This document shows positions 27,527 through 39,924 of a stretch of DNA of 62,000 nucleotides, in pieces. Position numbers and translations under genes: made by a program. Origin of the DNA: Malacoraja senta (lineage: Eukaryota); the NCBI GenBank assembly GCA_038087875.1, contig CM075993.1, positions 186,001-248,000 on the forward strand, in the 5' to 3' direction. The stretch's first letter is position 1. The number at the start of each line of letters is the position of its first letter. The notes under the pieces are model-generated. The model had not been told where the DNA came from, searched no databases, and saw only the letters and a list, made by a program, of their open reading frames with translations.

Positions 27527-30500
27527 TTCAATAAGATCCTCTCTCGCCCTTCTAAATTCCAGAGTATACAAGCCCAGCCGCTCCATTCTATTAACATATG
27601 ACAGACCCGCCATCCCGGGAATTAACCTCGTGAACCTATGCTGCACTCCCTCATTAGCAAGAATGTCCTTCCTCAAATTTGGAGACCAAAACTGCACACA
27701 ATACTCCAGGTGTGGTCTCACTAGGGCCCAGTACAACTGCAGAAGAACTGCTTTGCTCCTATACTCCTCTCTTGTTATGAAGGCCAACATGCCATTCGCT
27801 TTCTTCACTGCCTGCTGTACCTGCATGCTTGTTTTCAGTGACTGATAAACAAGGACCCCCCCCCCCACCCCGATCCCATTGTACTTCCCCTTTTCCCAAT
27901 TTGACACCATTTAGATAATAATCTGCCTTCCTGTTTTTGCCACCTAAGTGGATAACCTCACATTTATCCACATTAAACTGCATGTGCCTTGCATCTGCCC
28001 ACTCACCCAACCTGTCCAAGTCATCCTGCATCCTCAGCATCCTCCTCACAGTTCACACTGCCACCCAGCTTTGTGCCTTCTGCAAATTTACAAATGTTAC
28101 TTTTAATCCCTTCATCTAAATCATTAATATATATTGTAAATAGCTACAGTCCCAGCAGCGAGCCTTGCGATGCCCCACTAGTCACTGTCTGCCAACCTGA
28201 AAGGGACCCGTTAATCCCTACTCTGTTTCCTGTCTGCCAACCAATTTTCTATCCATGTCAGCGCCCTACCCCCAATACCAGGTGCTCTAATTTTGCCCAC
28301 TAATCTCCTATGTGGGACCTTATCAAATGCTTTCTGAATGTCCAGGTACACTACATCCACCCTTGTCAATTTTATTAGTTACATCCTCAAAAAATTCCTG
28401 AAGATTAGTCAAGAATGATTTCCCCTTCGTAAATCCATGCTTACTCGGATCCTGCGACTGCTATCCAAATGTGCTGCTATTTCATCTTTTATAATTGACT
28501 CCAGCATCTTCCCAACCACCAATGTCGGGCTAACTGGTCTATAATTCCCTGTTTTCTCCATCCCATTTTTAAAAAGTGGGATAACATTAGCTACCCTCCA
28601 ATCCACAGGAACTGATCCTGAGCCTTTAGAACATTGGAAAATTATCACCATTGCATCCACGATTTCTAGAGACACTTCCTTAAGTACCCTGGGATGCAAA
28701 CCATCAGGCCATGGGGATTTATCAGCCTTCAGTCCCATCAGTCTACCCAACACCATTTCCTGCCAAATGTGAATCTCCTTAAGTTCCTCCATCTCCCTAG
28801 ATCCTCTGGCCACTAGTACATCAGGGAGACTGTGTCCTCCTTAGTGTAGACAGATCCAAAGTACCTGTTCAGCCATTTCCTTGTTCCCCATAATAAATTT
28901 ACCCTTTTCAGTCTTTAAGGGTCCAATTTCAGTCGTATCTATTTTTTTCCTCTTCACATACCTAATGAAGCTTTTACTATCCTCCTTTATATTATTGGCT
29001 AGCTTACCTTTATAACTCATCTTTTCTCCCCATATTGCCTTTTTAGTTATCTTCTGTTGCTCTTTAAAAGTTACCCAATCCTCTGGCTTCCCGCTCATCT
29101 TTGCTATATTATACTTGTTCTATTTTATTTTTATACTGTCCCTGACATCCCTTGTCAGCGACGGTCGCCCCTTACTCCCCTTGGAATCGTTCTTCCTCTT
29201 TGGAATTAACTGTCAAGTCAAGTTTATTCGTCACATACACATACGAGATGTGCAGTGAAATGAAAAGTGGCAATGCTTGCGGATTGTGCAAAAAAAAACT
29301 ACGAAACAGAATGGAACAGAATCACATATTCACATATTACATATTTATGGGAGGGAAAAAAAGAAAAAACAGCAATTTTAAAAAGACACCACACAACAGT
29401 AAATTGGTACAGTGAAGTTAGTCCCTGGTGAGATTGGAGTTTACAGTCCTAATGGCCTCTGGGAAGAAACTTCTTCTCATCCTCTCCGTTTTCACAGCAT
29501 GGCAAAGGAGGCATTTGCCTGACCATAGCAGCTGGAACAGTGTTGCTGGGGTGGTAGGGGTCCCCCATGACCTTGTTGGCTCTGGAGTTGCACCTTGTGA
29601 TGTATAGTTCCTGCAGGGGGGTGAGTGTATTTCCCATAGTGCGTTCGGCCGAACGCACTACTCTCTGCAGAGCCTTCTTGTCCTGGGCAGAGCAGTTCCA
29701 AAACCAAATTGTGATGTTTCCGGACAAGATGCTTTCTACAGCCGCTGAGTAGAAGCACTGGAGGATCCTCCGAGACACTCTGAATTTCCTCAATTGTCTG
29801 AGGTGGTAAAGACGCTTCCTTGCCTTACTCACCAGTGCGGCAGCGTGTGATGTCCATGTCAGATCCTCTGAGATGTGGACTCCCGGTATTTAAAGCAGCT
29901 CACCCTATCCACAGTATCCCCATTTATCATCAATGGTGTGTACGTCCTCGGATGTTGTGCCCTCCTAAAGTCCACGATCAGCTCCTTAGTTTTTTTGACA
30001 TTCAAGAGGAGGCTGTTGTCCTGACACCAGAGTGCCAGATCAGCCACCTCCTCCCGGTAGGCCTTCTCATCGTTATCGGAGATCAGGCCCACCACCACAG
30101 TGTCATCAGCAAACTTGATTTTTGAGTTGGAGCTGAACCTAGCCTTACAGTCATGTGTGTACAGGGAGTACAGTAGGGGGCTGAGGACGCAACCCTGGGG
30201 GGATCCTGTGCTCAGGGTGAGAGTCTTTGATGTATTTCCTCCCATCTTGACTACCTGGGGCCTGGCGGTGAGAAAGTCCAGGACCCAGGCACACAGGGGG
30301 GTGTTGAGCCCCAATTCCAGCAGCTTCTCAGCAAGTCTGGTGGGGACTATCGTGTTGAAGGCTGAACTGAAGTTTATGAACAGCATCCTCACATAGTTCC
30401 CCCTTCTGCCTGTCAAAGTGAGAGAGAGCGGTGTGCAGAACCTGGGAGACCGCATCGTCCGTGGATCTGTTCGGACGGTATGCGAATTGTAGCGGGTCCA

Positions 30501-31090
30501 TGTTGCGAGGGAGGAAGGCGCAGATGTGTTTCTTGACCAGCCTCTCAAAGCATTTCATGACTACCGAGGTGAGGGCCACCGGACGGTAGTCATTCAGACA
30601 AGCTGGGGAGGCATTTTTTGGTACAGGTACAATGATGGATCCTGCACCTTCTGTATTATTCCCAGAAAAACCTACCATTGTTGTTCCACTGTCATCGCTG
30701 CTTGGGTATCTTTCCAGTCAACTTTGGCCAGCTCCTTCCTCATGGCTCCACAGTCCACTTTGTCCAACTGTAATACTGACACCTCTGATTTACCCTTCCT
30801 CTCAAATTGTAGATTAAAACATCATATTATGGTCATTACCTCCTAATGGCTCCTTTAACTCAATTTTCCTTATCAAATCCGGTTCATTACACAAGGCTAA
30901 ATCCAAAATTCCCTTCTCCCTGGTGGGCTCCAGTACAAGCTGCTCTAAGAATCCATCATGGAGGCACTCCACAAACTCCCTTCCTTGGGGTCCAGTACCA
31001 ACCTAACTTTTCCAGTCTACCTGCATGTTGGAATCTCCCATAACCCATAACATAAAGGTAGCATTACCTTTACGACATGCCATTTTAACT
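27527..31090 (-). mobile_element. CR1 LINE (frameshifted) split by a Rex insertion
   Basis: RT and APE remnants (PHLEYCVQFWSP; KSPWPDGLHPRVLKE; MGDSNMQVDW); sequence resumes at ~30638 after the insertion. Confidence 0.88.
29212..30632 (-). mobile_element. Rex1/Babar-type LINE, 5'-truncated, nested in CR1
   Basis: [49 protein letters not shown]; (CTTGA)n tail. Confidence 0.88.
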
Positions 31091-31800
31091 CTTGAGGAAA
31101 GATGTAACGGGAAACTGAGGGGCAACTTTTTCACACAGAGGGTGGTGGGTGCATTGAATGAGCTGCTAGAGGAGGTTGGTGAGGCAGGTATTATAAGAAC
31201 ATTTAAAAGACATTTGGACAGGTACGTAGATAGAAAAGGTTTTGTAGGATATGGGCCAAACACGGCCAGGTGACACTAGTGTAGGTGAGGCATCTTGATC
31301 CACATGGGCAAGCTCTGGTGAAACAGCTGGGCCTGTTTCCATGTTATATGACTAGAATAAAATCCCATTCACATACCTAACGTAGTTTACAACCCAACAG
31401 TATGAACATCAAATTCACTGCCTTTACGTAGCCCCTCACTATACCAGCCCCTCTCTCCTTCCCCTGTGTCCCATCTGGGTGTTTTCGTCCCTCCATTCAC
31501 CCCCCCCCCCCCCCACTTTCCTCCCTCTAGCCTTACAATCTTCAAACCTGTCTCGCACCGTTTCTTATCTCTAGCCTTTGTTCCAACCATCTGCTTATCA
31601 ATCACCCCCCCCCCTCCCCAGCATGTCAACCTATTATCTGCCAGTCCTTGTCCGGCCTCTCTGCTTTTCCATCTTTCTTCTCCCCTCCTCCCTCTGCAAT
31701 CGGTCTAAAAAGGGGTCTCCACCCGAAACGTCACCTATCCATGTTTTCCGGGGGTGCTGCCTGATCCGTTGAGTTACTCCAGCACTTTGTGTCCTTTTGT
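31091..31800 (+). mobile_element. CR1 3' fragment followed by a Penelope 3' fragment with degenerate hammerhead
   Basis: LRGNFFTQRVV..LNEL..EV; then ...CCCGAAACGTCACC...GAGTTACTCCAGCA. Confidence 0.7.
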
Positions 31801-32374
31801 GTAATATTTATTTGCTATCCAAATCCTTCCACTTAAAATATTAAAGATTCTTCTTCTACTTTCCATTGGAGGATAATGACAATGACTCAATCCTCTGAAC
31901 TGGAGAATTATATCTCCAGGGTCACTCCCGAACTGTTGTAAACAGTAACCCCAGTCTGATTCTCCCACAAGCTGAGACTTCCTCTCCACATCCACTGTCA
32001 AAACCTGCACGATCTCATCTCTTCCAGCCTCCAGTGTAAGCACATCTTGCCCTTTCCAGGTATTGATACAGTTAACCTGCCCTGAACTGCTCCCAATCAT
32101 GTCAGTTTGGAAACCAGTGTGGTATCCATTGGCCAGAGGTGCTGTGACCTGGGCTCAATATAACATATCTAACTTTCCAACAATGAGCAATAATGCTCTG
32201 TTAGCTTTTGTAATTAAGGGCTGCATCTGCATAATGAGCCTGGTGTGCATTAAACACTCATATACACAGTTCCACGTTTAAGACATGAGATGATGTCCTG
32301 CCTATTTGCTGGAAATTTTGGGACAGATTTAGTTCCTCATCGTTGAACTCTGGCAGGGAAGATGCTCAATCCAA

Positions 32375-33000
32375 GAGTCCAGAGAGTTTAATTGTCATGG
32401 CTACTGACAATGGTGCAATGAAATTGTTACTTGTTACAGCTTGGTATAGTCACAATAACGTACTTACAAATTAATAATACTTAATTCAATAGATTAATAA
32501 CCATAAATAAGTAACCATGATAGTGAAAAACCAAAGTCTATAGTGCAACTAAGGACACAGTTCACAGAAGATCATAGTTGCTGAGGTTGGTGTTGTGCAG
32601 TGGTTGCTGGGCAGAAACTGTTCTTGAACATGGTGGTCACTGTTGTCAGGCTCTTGTACCTTCTCCCCGATGGTAGCAGCAAAATGAGAGCATGGCCAGG
32701 GTGATGCGAGTCTTTGATAATATTGGCTGCCTTTTTCAGGCAGTGTTTCCAATGGATGGAATGGTGGGGAGGTCAGACCTGTCATGGGCCTTCGTTCCTG
32801 GGTGTTCGAGTTACCAGACCAGGCCATATTTCAAACAGTTAGTGTGCTCTCTACTCTACAAATGTAGAGATTCTACTGAATATTTGTCAACTTACCAAAT
32901 CTCCTCAATCTTCTAAGGAAGTGGTGTTGTTAATCAGCTGTCTGTGCAATTGCATTAATGCAGTGGGCCCAGGAAATTTCCAGATATGCACACCCAGGAA
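32375..33000 (-). mobile_element. Old Rex1/Babar-like fragment
   Basis: Degenerate similarity to the 3' part of the 29212-30632 element. Confidence 0.55.
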
Positions 33001-33010
33001 CTCGAAGGGA

Positions 33011-33100
33011 GACAAAAATGCTGGAGAAACTCAGCGGGTGAGGCAGCATCCATGGAGCGAAGGAATAGGTGATGTTTCGTGTCGAGACCCTTCTTCAGAC
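33011..33100 (-). mobile_element. Short Penelope-derived hammerhead repeat; further copies at 34523-34612(-), 35823-35914(-), 38221-38350(+), 48040-48158(-)
   Basis: Reverse complement reads AGTCTGAAGAAGGGTCTCGAC..GAAAC.TCACC...GCTGAGTTTCTCCAGCA. Confidence 0.8.
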
Positions 33101-35789
33101 TCTCCTGTCGATGAAACAATCAACAAAATTGCTCATGCTGGAAATCCAAAATAAAATTAAAATCCTGGAAATACGGCAATGGGGGAAGGGACAAGAACCA
33201 TTGACTCTGTTTCTCTCTCTGCAGATGCTACAAAGCCAGCTGAGTATTCTCAGCATTTGCTGTTTTATCTGCGTTCACATACCAGGCAGTAAGTAACAAA
33301 GTGTTTCAGCCTGAAGTGTCAGAGCCACTACAGTGCCCACCCTCAGCAACATGGGGAGACATCCGATTCATTCCAAACACTCGTCGGCTCAGCAGCCTCA
33401 TTCCAGTAGGATTATAACTGTGCAGTTGATTTGTGATTAGAGGACACTTTTACAATGATGAATGTATCTAATCCGCTTCATGCAGACTCACATGTTTGGT
33501 TTACACATCTGGTGAAATGCCCAGGTTTTGATTTTTGTTCATATGGATCTGAGCTTCACTAAGCCAACGTGACCATTTAAGAGATGAGGATTGTGTTATG
33601 GGCATGGACTTGACCGTTCAGTTGCAGACACAGTGTGGAGTCCAGAGCAACGAGATGGGGTGACTGCCGCACTGAGACCCAGTGGGCATCGTAAGCAGGG
33701 ACAACATGGGGCAATGCCCAACATCCTCCTGGACCATCTGGCTGCAGGACGTTGCTCTCCTCCCAACTCTGACCGAACCCATGCTCTACAATGGTATAGA
33801 CATTTGCTGGCAGTGTTCAATTAAAGCAGGGAGTTTGAGCAGATCAACGTTTCATATGCAAGAGGGAAGGATTAAGAAATTTAAAATCAAGTCAATTGGA
33901 AAAATTTGGATTGATTAGCACAGTTAGTGTCACTAATGGTGACTGTAGACTGGCATTGTACTAAGTCACTAATTTGTTGATACCACCATCTGATTATGTG
34001 TGACTCCAGACGTGCATGCTTTGTTCACTCAACTACCCTCCGAAATTGACATGTGGCCATAAAAAATGTACATTCCCACCAAGATAATAAACTGACGATA
34101 CAACTTCTCATTGTTTACCTCTAATATTTAAAAAAAAACGCTGGAGGAACTCAGCAGCTCAGGCATCATCTGTGGAGTTACTGCTTGATCTACTGGGTTC
34201 CTCCAGAAGTTTGTTTTTTGCTCCAGATCCCATCATTTGCAATCTCTTGTGTCTAAGCCAACATAGTTCCCGAGCTCTGGCAGCAAAATATTTGAGATGG
34301 GAGCTAACCTGAAACCTTCTCTCAGAACAGCACAGCACAGGAACGGGACCTTTTCCACAGAAGACTGTGAAGGCAACACCACTGAACACGCTGAGGAAGA
34401 TCAAAAGATTTCCAGACACAAAGAACGGGGAGGGAGCTCAAGTACAGTAAGATGGAACTGCCCAAGAGGTTGGAAGGCTTACTACTGCTCCTAGAAAACT
34501 ATCATGTCAATAGACTTAGGAAGACACAAAATGCTGGAGTAACTTAGCAGGACAGGCAGCATATCTGAAGAGAAGGAATGGTTGACGTTTCAAGTCGAGA
34601 CCCTTCTTCAGGCGTCATTGGACTTGTTACGCCATCACTTTCACAAACAAATGAATTGAGAGCAAGAGAAGCAATTCGTCCTTGACCTGCTTGTAGATTG
34701 GTTACTTTACTTTCTAACCAATGCAGTGCTTTATTTTCATAGCTCCGCCTACTACGTTCATATTATTGCAACCCGGCATGTGCAGTCAGTCTATGCTGCT
34801 GCACAGTAGAAACAACATGCTGTAGTGTGTTATATGACTTACTCAATAAATACTGTTGTACCAGATCTGTCAGTATGTATGATTCACTCAACACTGTTCA
34901 TTTCATAACATTACAGCTGATGCAGTTTTCACCTCAAGCCCTGTGGCAAGCATGTAACACCTCTTGCCCCTCTGCTCATCCTTGCTCCACTTCGTTCCCA
35001 CACCCAAAGGACAACCTCGTTTGCTCCCAAGGAGTTCCATCTCACAGTTTTACTCACTTATAAAACACAACAGGCCAGGCACCAACTGTGGAGGAAAATG
35101 GACAAATGATAGGGTCAGGACTCTTCTTCAGACTGTTCATTATCCCCTCCGTAGATGCTGTCTGGCCCGCTGAGTCCTTCCAGCACTTTGTATTTTGCTC
35201 AGGATTTCAGCCTCTGGTGCCTCTCCTACTCACAACTCGCTTTATGCGTCTTTGTAACTGTCTTAATCTAAGATCTTGACTGAACTATCAGCTATCCCTC
35301 TGTGTTCACAGGTGCTGCCTGGCCCACTCCCAACAGTTTGTTCTTTGCCTTTAACTTTCCAGTCCTATTAAACAACATTCTGTTATTAAAGTTATTGGCC
35401 ACTGGGGAAGTCCAAACTAATCTCCAGCCTCTCAAACAGAGAGGAACCTTTTATTCAATCCCCATCCTAATGTTATTACTAATTCCCAACTGTGCCATCT
35501 ATGGGAGGTCCTGAGATTGTGAAAGGTTTTATAAAAATATGAAATATTTTTATTCTTCCTCATGAAGTCTAGATTTCTTGGTCAATTTGATATGGAATAA
35601 CTCGTGTGATCCAGAGGGCATTCTGACAAGTCGTGGCATATTCCCAAACTACAAGGAAACCAACGAGTTTCCATCAGATGGAATTCGCCGCCCAGCACAA
35701 TCGACACATGTTGGATTGTTGGCTGCGACATGATAAGGTGCTGGGTACAGTGCAGCATGGGTGTAACAGTTAGATTCGAGGGGGGGTGT

Positions 35790-36200
35790 GTGGATTAGGT
35801 TGGGCAACCCATGGAGGAAATGGACACAAAGTGCTGGAGTAACTCAGCGGGACAGGCAGCATCTCTGGAGAGAAGGAATGGATGACGTTTTGGGTCGAGA
35901 CCCTTATTCAGACTTAGTTGGTTACAAATTGATTTGCTGAATGGTGCAAAGATCAATAGTTTCCATGAGGCAGGCAACTACTGTTTTAATCCATAAATAG
36001 GAAAATTTCCAGCAATGGGAAATGCAAAAACGCAAAGTAAAGATTTTGCATCCATTTGTCACAGTAATTAATTGCCTCACAAGTGGCCATATGCCCTGAC
36101 TGTTTAGTGGTCAGTTTAGTTATGAGCTCAGTGGTCAGATTAGACTCCCAGCACCTGTAGTATAAAAGCCAGCGCTTGTCTCCTGCATTTGGTCTTTTCC
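35790..36200 (+). promoter_or_regulatory. Candidate TRPM1 promoter: TATA box plus OTX/CRX-type homeodomain sites
   Basis: TATAAAA 36161-36167; TAATCC 35987-35992; GGATTA 35792-35797; TAATTAATT ~36065; ~350 bp upstream of the first ATG; motifs are short, so inference only. Confidence 0.45.
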
Positions 36201-36514
36201 TGAGATTAGTTATTTCCATCTGACGCTTGGATGATTATGGAATATCCACTATGCAAAGCAGATTTATCTTCAATCACATTTGTTAAATCTCCATCCTTTC
36301 AGTGGATGTTGAAGCAGTGCATTAACCTGATTACAACGGGATAAAGTGGGCCAACTGCATGGTTCTGTGACTCATCCTGTCCACGTCACCCAGCACAGCT
36401 TCATGCTGTGATCTCTGTCCCTTGTTGAACACGGTGCATCCGACCACTGCCTGAAGCCAGAGCGATTCCCAACATGTGTGGAGACCCATCGGCGTGGGCA
36501 GGCTGCTGACGGAG

Positions 36515-36595
36515 ATGTTAACCAGTTCTCTCAAACAAATGAGTGGCTCTTTGAAACGTACGTCCATTAAACGCACTATATCTGGGTCGCAGAAG
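36515..36595 (+). CDS. TRPM1: TRPM1 first coding exon: (MLTSSLKQ)MSGSLKRTSIKRTISGSQK, start ATG 36515 or 36539
   Basis: Resembles the N-terminus of the long mammalian TRPM1 isoform (ending SGSQK); AAG|GTGAGT donor, phase 0 matches the next exon. Confidence 0.8.
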
Positions 36596-39008
36596 GTGAG
36601 TAAGAAGTTTGGGTCGAGGATGATTAGCTCGAGTTCTGTGAGCTCCAAGATTATTTGGGTATCTGGTGGGAAATGTCTAGATTCTGTGGCACAGGGTCAT
36701 AGCCAACTTCCTCGGCCCTGGTGTGTAGTCTGGTGCATGGGAGCTCTGTGCATTCACGGTCAACCCTCTCCTAAAAAGAGCAAAGTTGTTATTAAATGAC
36801 AGCAGTTAAAACAAAAATTAAACTTGCATATTGTTCGTGCCTTCTATAAGCCACAGTTTGAGGGAATGTGATGCTGTAGTTTGGGACAGTTTATGTGTCA
36901 TTCATTCTGGGATAGTAACACTCGCCCTTTTTAGTGCAAATTAATTACTTCAAAGTTTAAAATGTGTTCTGGAAAGTAATTTTTGAAATTATCTTATCAG
37001 GGAATATTTAACTGAGTGTAACATGTTGTCATTACTGGAATGAGCAGAATGACCGGGATCTAACCGTGTACATATGTGGGTAGTGTTTACTGAACAATAT
37101 TAGTATGATGTAAAATATTAAAACCATTTGTGATGTCAAGGTTGGGAAAGTTCTTGTTTTTGCATGGAGTTGTTTTCCAGTTCTACTCTGGGCATTGCGG
37201 CCAAACAAGGTGTGGAGTTCCCTCATACCTCCTAGGTCCAGGCTGCAGAAACAGCAGCTGAACATGATGTGTGGTGCCCATAAGATGGCTTCAGATTCAA
37301 GGATCAAGTATGGTCGATTATGTAGAAACAGGGACTGCAGATGCTGGTTTAAATTAAAGTTCACAAAGTGTTGGAGTAACTCAGTGGCTTACAACCACAA
37401 CATGGATGTTCTCCAGAGATTCTGCCTGACCTGCTGAGTAACTGCCGCACTTGCTGTCCTTTTATGTTAGATTATGTATTGGACAGTTGACATCTTGAGT
37501 TATGTCTCATCCATAAAATTAGTTTTACAATACGGGAGCAGTTTGTCCAACCCACTCTGGCCAGGGCAGAGCTAGAGCAACAAAATGCAGCTGCTATAAA
37601 TCAGAAGTAACAGCTTCACATTCTGACACTAGTTACCGGGTCGATACAACGCTTCAAGTCGTTGATCTGCAACTGCTCCGGGCAAACTCTCACCAGCGCC
37701 CAACCGCTCGGTTCCATGGCAGGGTCCCGGGACAGGGGGACGTCAGGATGGGAGGGCTCCTGGGATAGGTGGGGTGGTGGGGTGGGGGGGGGGGGGGGGA
37801 TCAGCATCCACAGTTTTTGTTTTCCATTCAGGTGAGATAGAGAGTATGGAGTTTGAGACAAAGAGATATGGACAAGCTAAATGAATGGGAGAGGTCGCGG
37901 CAGGTGGCATGTTATGTTTTTTCTGTGTTAATGATCCAGACTTGTGTGCAACTCATAATATCTAAGTTTGTTCTTGACCCAACATTGGGATAATAGTGAT
38001 ATTGCAGCACAAAATAAAGAGGGCAGTAGAATGGGGGACACATGAAAAATGAAGCTTAGTGAGGAGGGTGAGTGGATGCAATTTGTCGGAAAAATAAGGA
38101 GAAGCAATATTGATTAAAGCATCACAATGGTATTTATGCAGTTATTTATTTTATTCATACCTTTAATTCATTTGTTCTTTGTACCTTTTCATACCTCCAT
38201 GTTCCCTCTCCCCTGACTCTCAGTCAGAAGAAGGGTCTCGACCAGAAACATCACCATTCCTTCTTTCCAGAGATGCTGCCTGTCCAGCTGAGTTACTCCA
38301 GCAGTTTGTGTCTACCTTTGATTTAAACCAGCATCTGCAGTTCTTTCCTACACACTATGCCTCTCACAATTCTATCCATCAGCCTCCAATGCTCCAGAGT
38401 GAACAATCCATGTTTGCACCAATCTCTTCTTGTAACTAATTCTCTCTAATCGAGACAGCATCCTAGTAAACCTCCTCTGCACCCTTTCCAAACCATCCAC
38501 ATCCTTTCTGTAATATGGGTCAACAAGAACTGCACCCAATACACCACATGGAACCTTACCAAAGTCGCAAAAGTATAGAAGAATGAGATGTGATCTCACT
38601 GAGGTATAAAATAGCAAGCTAAATGACTGGGAGAATGTTTCCCCTCGTGTGACCATCATTGTTTCATTTGTTGTCTCAGGAGATCCACCTGTAAGCCTCT
38701 CCAGTCTCTCCTCCTCTTGTTTATCACTTTAAAATATTCATCATGTTTTTAACTCACCAATTCTCATATCTTTACTTTACTTCCTTATGTAACGTGTCAG
38801 TTTTAGTTGGTATACTGCAGAGGATCTGTTGCTGTAGGTGTGAGAACAGTGGGTGTCATCGCTGAGTGTAGGATAGTTTTCTGTTTGCAGCTCTCACACT
38901 GGGTTAATGCCAAAAGAGATTAACAGCCTTCTCACTGTATTACAGTATTCAAAAGCTTTCTAATATTCATGCCATCTGGATTGTAAAACTCTTTATTTCT
39001 AACTGCAG

Positions 39009-39088
39009 GGACACAAAGCTTGGATTGAGAAAAACTTTCAGAAGCGTGAATGTATTTTTATCATTCCCAACACCAAAGAACCGCACAG
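39009..39088 (+). CDS. TRPM1: TRPM1 exon 2: GHKAWIEKNFQKRECIFIIPNTKEPH(R)
   Basis: tgcag / GTAATG; WIEK.F.KREC motif. Confidence 0.92.
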
Positions 39089-39172
39089 GTAATGCTGGAG
39101 ACAAACAGGTTTCATTGGGGTGGTTGTGGTCTAGGGATTGGTGAATGAATGTCGACTCTGCTATTGTCCCAG

Positions 39173-39365
39173 GTGCTGCTGTGGTCAGCTGGTCAGTCAA
39201 CATGTCACGAGGCCCCAACCGATTCCATCCAGCACCACCACCGTGGAGGAGAAACCACCGGTTCAGGCTGAGAAATGGTCGCCCAGCAAACACACGGAGG
39301 CCGCGCCCACCGATGCCTTTGGGGTGATGGAGTTGCAGGGTGGTGGTCACACCAGCAGAGCCATG
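39173..39365 (+). CDS. TRPM1: TRPM1 exon 3: CCCGQ...EKWSPSKHT...PTDAFG.MELQGGGHTSRAM
   Basis: cccag / GTGAGC; MHR1 motif. Confidence 0.93.
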
Positions 39366-39924
39366 GTGAGCAACGTCGGGAGTCAGAGGGCCGGCTACAA
39401 ATGACACAGAGTTGGGGGTGTGGGGTCAGAGGGAGAGGCGACTGAGTCCTGGACGTGCCAGTGCATTGTCCAGCACAGAACAGCTATCCACCACCAGGGT
39501 CTGGTGGGTTGGGAAGTGGCTAGTTATGATACATGAGGTTATGGAGTTGGTGGAGAATTTGGTTGTGCTGATGGTGCTGGTTATGGAGGTGGGGATGTGG
39601 GAAGGGGAAAGGGAGTGTGGATTAGCGAGAGTGGGAAGGAGCTAGTGATGGGTAAAGGTGTTGGTGTGGGTGGGGCTGGGGTGGCTGGGTTGACCGTAGG
39701 CCATTCCACCCCTCGTGTTATGCAGCCCAATCTTGGCTGAGGTTTTGCCTCAGTTCTATTTTCCCGCGTGAATTCTCCATCTTGATTTCTGCCCTGAACA
39801 CTCAAGGACTTGCCTCCGCTGCCTTTTGGAGATAAAATTCCAAATAGTTCATTCATTGGCAGCATGAGGCAACATCTAATTGTCCTTGAGGGGATGGTGG
39901 TGATGCTGCCTCCCTGAGGTGTGG

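Noticed and set aside
34159..34419. Minus-strand ORF with CCSERRFQVSSHLK, resembling a KLF third finger (CEKRFMRSDHL), at the place KLF13 would be expected
   Set aside because: No second His, no other fingers or linkers, and the Cys codons come from a CR1-type tail (cctgtgctgtgctgttct); treated as chance, though a tBLASTn would settle it
38039..38045. CACATGA (MITF M-box core) upstream of TRPM1 exon 2 as a melanocyte promoter
   Set aside because: Single short motif inside what looks like a decayed CR1 fragment, with no supporting exon or TATA box
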